Assembly: GCA_951406725.2 (NCBI GenBank)
Contig: OX597816.1
Coordinates: 113,150,001-113,214,000 of the forward strand
Reading direction: 5' to 3'
Length of the DNA stretch: 64,000 nucleotides
Source: Octopus vulgaris
Taxonomy: Eukaryota
Shown piece after piece: positions 54,032-64,000 of the stretch (within the stretch, counting starts at the first letter, position 1; each line of letters starts with the position of its first letter). Below the pieces are notes generated by a model, which had not been told where the DNA came from, did not search any database, and worked only from the letters and a program-made list of their open reading frames with translations. A program made the translations under genes and the position numbers.

Positions 54032-54214
54032 GGATAAATATGTTTAGACGGTACAATATACTATCACTGGAGAAAAGTGTTTAGACTGTACAGTGTTTTA
54101 CCATGGGGGAAATGTGTTTAGACAGTTCAGTGTGCTACAATTGGAGAAATATGTTTAGGCAGTGCAGTGGTATATTCTTCAGGAAAAATGTGTTTAGCAA
54201 GTACACTGTGTTAC
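54032..54214. repeat. Diverged 37-bp minisatellite, about five units
   Basis: Units start at 54032, 54069, 54106, 54143 and 54182; consensus approximately ggagaaatrtgtttagacagtacagtgt.ctac.at. Confidence 0.85.
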
Positions 54215-54355
54215 TTATCACAATTTGTAACCTTAGTTACCACATCTCCAAATGTTTGTTCTATCAAAGAAATTTAAATGTTAACACATTTCTGCAATTA
54301 ATTATACTTCTTGGACTTTTATTACATGCATTACTTTTAATCAGATTTACAAAAT

Positions 54356-54380
54356 TGTGTGTGTGTGTGTCTATCCATCC

Positions 54381-54442
<62 letters not shown>

Positions 54443-54491
54443 CCCCCTATCCATCCATCTCTCTCTATATATGTGTGTGTGTGTGTGTGTC

Positions 54492-54523
<32 letters not shown>

Positions 54524-54590
54524 GTGTGTATGTATCTATCTATATATGTGTGTGTGTGTATGTGTGTATGTATCTATATGTGGGTGTGCA
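54356..54590. repeat. Compound (TG)/(TC)/(TA) microsatellite region
   Basis: Read directly from the sequence. Confidence 0.95.
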
Positions 54591-55797
54591 AGTATATGAA
54601 CTTTGATTATCATTTTGAGGTCTATTAAATATATTTTTACTTATTGAAACAACAATTATACTACAACAACAACAGTAGTAGCAAAACTAGTGAGATTAGT
54701 TTAAACATGATGAGACCTAAAACTATCCTTCTTTCACTTAACAGAAAAAATTAAATGCAAGTTGAATTTTATATCAAAAGGGATATATGACACGAGAGAA
54801 ATTTGCTATATCATAACATTTATATTATTGATATAATGTTAAAAGAATATTTATTTATAATCCCTTATAATAAAGATTATAATGGATGCTTGCATTTTCA
54901 TGCATAGACTCTACTAATTATGTTCAAGTGAAAGTATGAGTACACACACATTTGTGTATATAAATGTGAGTGGATGTATGCATTTACATAGATACACATA
55001 TGCTCATATTAAACAATTATTTCTATGGAAATTTATTTTCACCCCCATCCGTATTTGATAAGTCTTCAATATTTCCTCCACTTTATTTTGTCAAAACTTA
55101 TGAATAGACTTGACCAGCTTATTGTTGTAGAGGTAATAACAAGAGTAACAACAGCAACACTGGCATTAGCTGTAGTAGTAGAAGTGATAACATTCATAAC
55201 AAGGAATGGACTGCTTTGAAACGTAGTGTCTCCACTAAGCATTTTAATATCTGCTGGCCTTGTTTTTCTCCTCTATTCTGATTTTTTCCTTCTCTCTATA
55301 GTTTATCACCTAACTTTACAATTTTACATTCTTTTATTTCTCTTCTCTTATATTTGAAAGAGGTGACATCATTTGGCTGATATTAGTATTATGCCATGTT
55401 CCTCTGCATGTGTTAAGTCCCTCCGTATTACCACTGACTAGCAATAACAGATAGCAGTAACAACAACACCAGCAGCAGCAGCAGCAGCAGAGGAAGATAA
55501 AGAAGAAGCAGCTGTAGCAATTTATTTCTTCTCTCTGATGCTGTATGTCTCAGTGTCTCCTATTATCAAGATCTGCAGCATTGTTGCTCAATACCATTCA
55601 TCCACGCAAACACTAATCCTGCTAGTTATGGACTCATAAACTGATCATTTAACTGATTACATGGCGAAAAAAGATACAGCTACCTCTGTCATTAGAAGTT
55701 TGCACGATTCCTAGTTATTCAGCTTCTACAAACCAGCTCAACAGCTGAAGAGATTTTTTTTTTCAAAATAGTTTTTACCCTTAGGGGATAGGCAACC

Positions 55798-55804
55798 ATG
55801 AGAG
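55798..55804 (+). CDS. Candidate coding end (Met-Arg + 1 nt) of an alternative first exon of the same gene
   Basis: GCAACCATG (A at -3) followed by AGAG|GTAAGA, a strong donor in phase 1 that matches the phase-1 donor at 31570. It is preceded by ~600 nt of leader-like sequence containing AAC/CAG runs and no recognised transposon. Confidence 0.45.
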
Positions 55805-55940
55805 GTAAGAATACTATACTTTTTAGCATCCTCTAATATTTTCTTTCATTAACTTTGAATTATTACATTACAATATATTTATATTATATATATCTAAAAC
55901 ATCTTTACTTAGATATTAATTTTCTTTTCCCATACATACA

Positions 55941-55997
<57 letters not shown>

Positions 55998-56320
55998 GTA
56001 TTTATTTATTTATTCCTTTTTCTAAAATGTTAGGAATTATTTTCTTTTCAAATCATATACCTGTCTCATCTTATAATATTAATAAATGTTCACTAGTGAA
56101 GCAGTGTTGTTCTCATTGTTAGAATAAAGTTAGAAAGGCTGCATCTCAAAGCTGTATATATCCATAGAACTAGCAGTAAAAACAAATCCGTTTTGTTATT
56201 CTTATTTTAAACTTATATAAACATTTTATATTTTAGCATTATTATTGGATATTGAACGATTATCACCCATTCTTTCTTTCATTCCATGTTATAAACATTT
56301 TCTTCCCGTCTCTCTTTCTT

Positions 56321-56369
<49 letters not shown>

Positions 56370-57487
56370 ATTATGTCATAACTGATCATTGACTTTTAAA
56401 GGCTCTTCAGTTGTCTATTATTCATTGTTAAATATTCCTGTAGCCTTACTCTTCAAACTAGCCTTACTCTCCAAACTGCATAATATAATTTAATATCCTG
56501 TTTGAGAATTATTATGTAATGCTTTAATTTAGAGACATAACTTTTTAAAAAGAATGCATCTGAGAGAATAGAATACACAACATAACAAACAATGTTTTTA
56601 TAAAAGGTGAAATTAAGTATAAACATCCATAATACTATTTACCGAAAACCTGTAAATATCACATAAATATATCTATTTTGTGGAAAGCTAACATTTTAAC
56701 ACATTTATTTCTTCTCGTAAATTGTATCAGTTGATTTATTTGATTAGTTTTATTTAGTATTTTGTTATTGTTTTGTTTTTGTTTTCAAGAAAGAAAAAAA
56801 AATGGCCTTTCATAAACACCTTTGATTAATGCTAAAGAAAACAAATAAATTGCATATATAGCCTAGAATGGATTAGAGAAATATTTTGTAGGGTTAGAAA
56901 TATATTTATTTATGGAAGCAATATCTCCATAACTGGTTATAATCATGAAGTTTCTGTGTAATATTGAGTGTATGCATGTGTGAAAGAGAGTGAGTGAATG
57001 TGTGTGAAGGCGAGAAAGAGAGCAGAAAAGTGTGTAGGTGTGTGAGGGTGTGTGTGTATATATATATATATGCCTTTTGTATTGCTTTCCGGCCTTTGGG
57101 TATGGCCATACTAGAGCATTGAATGTGTATGTGTAAATACAAATGAAAGAAAGAAGGGTAGGAGAGAAAGAACATTAAAGAAACTGTATTTTGTAAATTT
57201 TCAGAAATTCAAGTATCTTGTCACTTAAAAATATTTGCCTATAAACAATCTACACTTTGTTTTTTTTTTTGTATTAAAGAAGTGAGAATTCTTTAATCAC
57301 TTACGACACATGTAAGTTGCATTGAATATTATCTTCTTCAATTTGACTTTATTCAACTTTACTAAAACATTTTGCCTGGTTTTTAAAAAGCCTTAACCAT
57401 ATTAGCTATAAACACACACTCACACAACACACGCTCTCTATATATGTGTGCGTATGCATGTGTGTATATGTATGTGTGTGTGTGTGC

Positions 57488-57536
<49 letters not shown>

Positions 57537-59902
57537 TATATATATATATATACACACACCTGACATTGCTACTTCAGTTCTGTGTTGTTATTATTCCATG
57601 CAGCATTATTAAAGCATTAATTTTGGTGCATAGTGTCCATCTTCTCAAGTTTATGAAAGGATTTGGGTCCTGCACTTTATGCTAAATACCTATTAATCAA
57701 ACATTTCCTTTGCTGCTTGGCTCCTTACATCAGTAACTATGGGCTAAATACAACACTTAATTATAACCAGGTGAAGTGTGCTATTGACCATTTAGTTACA
57801 ATGTTTTCCTTTTTGTCATGGAGGGTCTAGTTTCAATTCTACTGTGGAACACCTTCTACATCTCCTACCATGTCCATAGGTCAATCCATCTCTTAAAAGT
57901 GATGTTGATATTAAGTTGACAAAAACTACTCAGAAAATCATCTGACAGAATATTTCTATTCTTTAGTGGTAGGGTTAATAATCTGTTGCCCAATCTAATA
58001 TCGTGAACTAGTCCTTGGGTGCCTTAGCTGAAGCCAAGTCTGATTGTTCTGCAATCCTCAGACCAAGTTTCTAAGTCTGAAGATAATTTTATACATGGAT
58101 ACACTGCTTTCTGCTGTAATAACCCATGAGTTTTGCCTGGGAAGCCCTGCAGAATGGTCGCAAGTGCTACCGGGCCCCTTCTGATGAATAAAAAAAAATA
58201 AATAAATGATGTTATTCATAATGTGCTTTCACTAAGGATACAGTTGCTGTATTACCAATTCAGTACTGTATCCCTAATGATCACCAACAGACAGCCCCTT
58301 TCATTCTCCAAATGGAACTCCATTGAAATATATGTATATATATATATAACACTTCATCGGTAAACTCCTTTATTAAATAGTCTCAAATTCACCACAAATT
58401 TCTGCCTTTTATATTTGAGAAAAATGGAAAATGGATAAAAATGTTTCAGCCTTTACTACAGTGATATGTGTTATTACAAAGTAAAATTGTTCATAATTAT
58501 TTTGCTAAAATTTCTTTCTTATCTAATCAATATTATTAACTTTATTGCTGTTGGCCTATGGGTAAAACAAAGGCAAAGTGATAAGTTGCTAAAGTATATT
58601 GAGCTTACTAACAATTATTGATTATTCTGAAGTTGTACAAATTGGCCCTCTAGCTTTTATAATGTTAAAAAATTTTAGCTGGAAATTTTTGTATAAATAA
58701 CTTAATAAAAGGCTGTGCCTTACAAATAATGTTACTTTTTGGAAGGTGTTTTATATTCTTAATCATAAGTAGAACACTGAAAAAAAATAGCTATTTTTCA
58801 GTCTCTTGAAAAAGCTTGGAAGGTAAACAAAAATAATTTTGTACATCTTCCTTCTTTTTCACATTAAAAAATGTGAAAACATTTTTTAATAAAAGATAAA
58901 AAAGGCAACTCTTGAATAAGAAATCCACAGAAGAATCCATGTGTTAAATCTTAAACAGGAATAATGTCTATTGTTATATAATCAGTCCTAAAAAATAAAA
59001 TAAACAAACACAGTAAAAGTAACCTAACATGTTTTCATTATTTTTAACTGTTTAATTTTGTACATGTCTGTTGTACAAAGGAAAGTTTTCTGCTATTGTT
59101 CTTTTAGCTTACTTAATTCAGCTTATTGTTTGAAGACTGTTTATTGACTTTTGATTCTTAGAGAAGGCACAATAAGCTAAGTTTTTTTTTCCCTTCCATT
59201 GTTGTTGTCTGTTGCTGTTCTTCATATTTTTTTTATTGTTAATCTGGAAATTAGTGTTCAGGTGGAGAATAAAGTGAGCACTTAAATTACCTTAAACCAC
59301 TACTTTTTTATTGATAACAGTTTAACTTGCAACAAGTCAGACAGAGGAAGATTTCAAGCTAGCTAATATTGCGTAAGACAATATACTGGAGTAGCAAGTC
59401 TTGTTTTATTACACCCCTAACCAGAATTCTAGCTATTACTGACAATCCTGCTGCTATATACTAATTGCCTAAATGAGTTTAATTGTAAAACATTTTCACA
59501 TAAAGTAACATTGTGAGTTTGATATGATTTTGTATTCTGTGATTTATGTATATTTAAATTGACACCTTGAAGGGGAAAACAGTGTGGCTGAAGAAAATTT
59601 AGATAAATTACATTTTTATGATTCATAGTCTGGCTATGTATCATTTTGTGTCACAAACTTTTTAGAAATTATGTAAGAAATTCAATTGAGACATTATGAA
59701 TTCATACATTACTTGTCTAATATTATATGACTAGTTAGTAAGCTATGCCTATGATGTATTTCTGTCAGTTTAGTCTATGACAACCAAAGTAGGGTTCTAG
59801 AATGCAAAATCAGAGCTTCTTGAGAATTTAATTTGTTATACATATGAATTAATGACAGGACTCCTTCCTTGACAGCAAGTTTAATCAAATGGTTTATAAA
59901 AT

Positions 59903-60333
59903 GCACGGACATGGCTATGCGATCAAGAATTTCACTTCCCAACCAAATGATTTTAGGTTCAGTCCCACTGCACTGCACTTGAAGCAAGTATCTTCTGTAG
60001 GCTCAGGTTAACCAAAACCTTGTGAGTGGGTTTAGTCAAAACGAACTGAACAGAAATCATCATACATATATGTGTGTAGGTGAGTGTAGATGTATATATG
60101 TATGTCTGTGTGTATATATGTGTGAGTGTTCATGTATCTTTGTCTTGTCATTGTGTACTAGGTGTAAATAAGTGTTACTGTTATTATACATGTAGTGTCA
60201 ATAGTTTGCAATCCTCTGAAAACTTGTCTGATCATTATGTAGTACATATTTTAAGAAAACATTACATTTCTTGGTAACTGGTAAAGCATCTGGTTTTAGA
60301 AAAATCTGCTTATATGAATTTTGTCTAACCCAT
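59903..60333 (+). mobile_element. SINE family B with a long tail, degraded
   Basis: gcacggacatggctatgc...ggttcagtcccactgc...agcaagtatcttct; the tail resembles 3450-3680. Confidence 0.7.
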
Positions 60334-60837
60334 GTGTGTGTATGTATTATATACTTATAAATAATTTGTAATTCTTTGCACAGAGAAAAAGGTCAGAAAA
60401 CAATGCAACTTACTGAAATCTCTTCTGAGCTTAAACCTCATCGCATGCACTAAAACTCACTGCCTACAGATTAAGTATATAGGGAGGGTTGGTCATGTCA
60501 GCATGCAATCTGACATGCATTGTAAACAAATATACGTTGATGAACTTACATGCAGAAACTAACGTGACTGCTTAAACAGAATTTGATTCTACTACAAAGT
60601 AAAAATGCACTTGTGACAACATTCATGTTAAATCACTCGTATCTGTCCAAATTTCTCATTTATATATGTACAGATTTGTTAGAAATGTTAAAAGAAATTA
60701 TCCTATTTGCCATAGAGAAAGGTGACACAAAATCAAATGATGAGCACTAAAAACACACCATAAAAATTATGAGGCTGGTTTTAAGTTCTGTGTTACTGTA
60801 TATAACAATATTGGTTTAAGATTTTTCCATTGCTATC

Positions 60838-61059
60838 TACAAGGGGCTCCTGAAAAAATTCCTGGCTTTTTGTAAAAGAAAATACAGAAGGATCAGTTAA
60901 TTATGATTTTATTCAACATATTCCTCTCTCTGATTCACACACTTATTGCAGTGGTCCTTCAGTTTTTCTTAGCCCTGTAAAAGAACTAAGAAGGTTGGGC
61001 CTCCAACCAAGCCTTTCATGATACCCTTAAAGCTGTGAACTTTTCAACATCCCCTTGTA
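60838..61059 (-). mobile_element. Second copy of the mariner-derived MITE, in opposite orientation
   Basis: Reverse complement of 29965-30181; ends ta-caagggg...cccttg-ta. Confidence 0.8.
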
Positions 61060-62189
61060 TATGTAACCAGTTCTATCCACATTTGTGTGGATCTGTAAAA
61101 ATGAAATTACAGGAAAATATATTTCTACTGTCTGTAATCACTGGAGGTTGTTTATCACTTTTGTAAGTGTTAGATGTTTTACTAAATAAGCCTTTTGAAA
61201 TACATATAAAAAAGTTCTAGAACACATGGAAGTTATCTTAAAAGGAGGGAATTAAAAAAAGAGTAGGATGCTTTGAAATACTAAAGCCTAGAAATTGTTG
61301 TACAACAGGTAAATGAGGCACAGTAAAGTATTTTAAGTGAAACATTGACGAAATCTTTTAAAATGTATGGCATACTTAATACTATGGTTGGAATAATAGA
61401 TCACTTACTTCACAAAGAGCAAGAAAATGATTAAGAACCCAACTCAGCCTCTGGAGTTTACTTCGAGGATGATAAAATTGCGTGTATGTTTGAGAACAAT
61501 AGTGGTGAGAGAATTTTTTAAGACTTAGAAGCTTTGATTGACTATAAATTGTCGACAACAGTATCATAGACTCAGGAAACCTTTGTGTAGATATTATATG
61601 TATTTTTAATAAAGTTCTTCAAAATCAATTTATGAATGTTTATTCCATTCTAATGCAGTCTCATAAGTTTATATACACACACCATTCTTGTGTTCGAAGC
61701 ATATATACACAATTCTTTATTAGCTAGCTTTAAGCCATAATATCCATTACATGCTATATATATATATTACCAGTCAATCAGGAGCAACAGTTTAAATGCC
61801 ATAGTGAGTCTATTTGTTCTGAGCAATGATATCATTGCTATGATATCAATGGTTTTGGAACTTTGCTAGATTATAATCCAGGCACTGATTGTGATCATTT
61901 CAGCTAAATGTGATTATTGTTTAAATGCCACTACAAGCAAAACTGGTAACAGTATTCACAAAGAGTAATATACAAGGTATGAACAAGTCCAAAGGTTTAG
62001 GCTAAGATATTTTTAATTAAAATTTTAACAATGAAAATTCATTGAAGCATTTAATTTTGTTTCCTTAACACACACAAACTCACATATGCATGTGCATGCA
62101 CACACACACTCCAACTTAAAAGCAATTGATGGATAAATTGTATATGTGTGATTGAAATTTGATGTTTCATAGCAAAACCATGGATACTG

Positions 62190-62430
62190 CTTGCAAATGT
62201 GTGAAGGTTGGAAAGCTATGAAGTGAGCATATTTTGATTGCTGTGTAATGTAGTGATCTAAGTGATCTACGTAGCAGATAGAAACTAAAAGAAGACATAT
62301 GAGGAAGTGATATAAACTGATTTAATGAGGCTGAGCCTCGCAAAAGAGCTAATAAAAGGCTGAAACAAATGGCAGATGCTCAGTTAGAAAAGATCCATCA
62401 AACCCATGCTAGCATGGAAAAGTTGGTATT
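62190..62430 (+). mobile_element. 3' end of an RTE-clade LINE
   Basis: KKTYEEVI*TDLMRLSLAKELIKG*NKW resembles RP.KTW...V..DL..L.L......DR..W, immediately followed by acccatgctagcatggaaaagt. Confidence 0.6.
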
Positions 62431-64000
62431 ACTATCATCATTGTCAACATTATAAAAAAGATAATTGTGTGTGGTGGTGGTGGTGGTAAGCAGTTCTCTT
62501 AGAGAGTTTAATGTCATGCGAAAGTTCATGCAATCAAACAACAGTTACATGTAATACTGTTAAGGCAAAGAAATTTCTCATTTCATGAGTAAAAATCCAA
62601 AGTGATATTCAAGAGAAATATTTTGTATATTTATGCTACTCCATACCTATAATAATACCATCATTATCACATTATTTTAAATGGTTTCATGTCAGAAGTT
62701 ATGTTTCCTGATTCCTTACATGTGCATTTATGTATACATTCGTGTGCATGTAAATGCTTACATCTGAATCCATGCATTATAGTTCACTATAGTTCAAGCT
62801 AGAATGTGATTACTATGAAACCTTTTTTTTTTCTTGAAACCCTTCAGCAAATATTGCCGAAAGATAGATTTCTTCTACTATCTAGGTTTATTAAAATTTG
62901 GTTCTTGTTTTAAGCATTCAGGAAACATAAGTTTCTGAGCACCCAGCAACTGCGTTTTGCAAAAATTAATTAAAACTAATTGCCCAAATCACTGCTTACA
63001 CATATGTGTGCATGTTAAGGAAGCAAGATTAAATGCTAGAATAAGTTCTTATTATTAGAATTTTGGCTAAAATTTAAGTTAATCATTATGTTGCTTATGT
63101 AACTATCAATAAAATACTTTGTGCAGGGCTATGATTTTTTTTTTCTTCTCTATATGTAGGGGGAAAGAAAAGAAATGTATCTAGGAATACATCTCTATCT
63201 ATCAGCATCTGAATCAATAACTTAAATAACAAAATAAGAAAAATGATTTCTTAAACTTTTGGTATTTGTTTCATGAATCTGTTTTTGGAGTTAATTGAGT
63301 CGATCCAAAAGATCACAATATGCTATTGATTGCACTTTGAATCAGTTAGATTTTCGTTTGGTTGGGAATATTCTTTATCATCTTTCAATCTCATTGAATT
63401 AGATTTACCAGTCACCTGATAGATGTACTGCTTTGTTGCAAGAAAGTAATTCTTTACATATTCATCAGTATATAGGTTACTAAAGATGGAAAAGGTTGCT
63501 GAGAATATTGACAATTAGTTCTTTCATGATCTATCTTTTCATTTGAATGAATATCACTCAGGTACTTTTTTTTCTCCTATATTTAGTACCTGGATTAAAA
63601 TCAGGTAGCCATGTTAGTTTTAAATTGTGCAAACACGCAAACATGTAGTAGTGTGTACACTAAATCTTGATATTTCTTTCTTCTGTTGATCAGCTGGACA
63701 AACTTCGATCTTCAATACTAAATGTTTTAAAAAGCGTTTTTCTTTTTTTTTTGTGCTAAAACATTGTCCTAACTGAAATCAAAATGGTGGAGATGGAAAC
63801 AAAAAGGAATAAAATGAATAATTCTACTCAATTTTAATAGATCAGGGAGTAAAAACAAATGAACAGTTATTTTCAGCGGATTATATCTTCATCATCATCA
63901 TATGTCCACTTGCAATGCAAACATGGATCAGACAAGACATCACGGTTTGAGACAATTCTTATTCAGAGTTACTGCACTTCTTGATGGATTGAAGGACTAT

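Noticed and set aside
54032-54214. CRISPR-like look of the 37-bp periodic repeat
   Set aside because: The repeats are degenerate, the variable parts are only ~10 nt and related to each other, there are no cas genes, and the context is eukaryotic.
54103-54628. Longest ORFs in the track (167 and 89 aa), and similar YIYI/CVCV/HTHT/SLSL ORFs at 2795, 14470, 14513, 19092, 29354, 33041 and 57446
   Set aside because: They are open only because dinucleotide or tetranucleotide microsatellites lack stop codons; no protein-like content.
58170-58230. CTGATGA motifs (also ~8650, ~14628, ~43107) as hammerhead ribozyme cores
   Set aside because: I could not build stem II followed by GAAA and stem III/NUH around any of them by eye; an Infernal search would be decisive.
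63670-63760. Acceptor-like site ending at 63693 as the next TANC exon
   Set aside because: The frame runs into a poly-T tract with no convincing donor or TANC-like sequence.

Overview
AT-rich, microsatellite- and SINE-dense eukaryotic genomic DNA. The repeat families look like those of an octopus (coleoid cephalopod); this is an inference from recalled SINE/MITE motifs. The window is almost entirely intronic. The only well-supported coding sequence is two adjacent + strand exons that the ORF track misses (30965-31138 and 31357-31569, both phase 1-1, GT-AG bounded). They encode a C3HC4 RING finger (CPSC...FDKGKKRRLIDSCGHERCYSC...CPLC) and a Ser/Pro/Thr-rich linker, matching the N-terminus of invertebrate TANC / Drosophila rolling pebbles. 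About 24 kb downstream is a candidate alternative first exon (GCAACC-ATG-AGA-G|GTAAGA, phase 1) that could give a RING-less isoform. The rest is tRNA-derived SINEs (one ~2 kb cluster has clear target-site duplications), piggyBac-type and mariner-type MITEs, a Tc1/mariner fossil, decayed RTE, CR1/Jockey-group, RLE-type and Penelope-like retroelements, a foldback element, several hairpins and a 37-bp minisatellite. I found no prokaryotic-type system, CRISPR array, rRNA or true tRNA gene.
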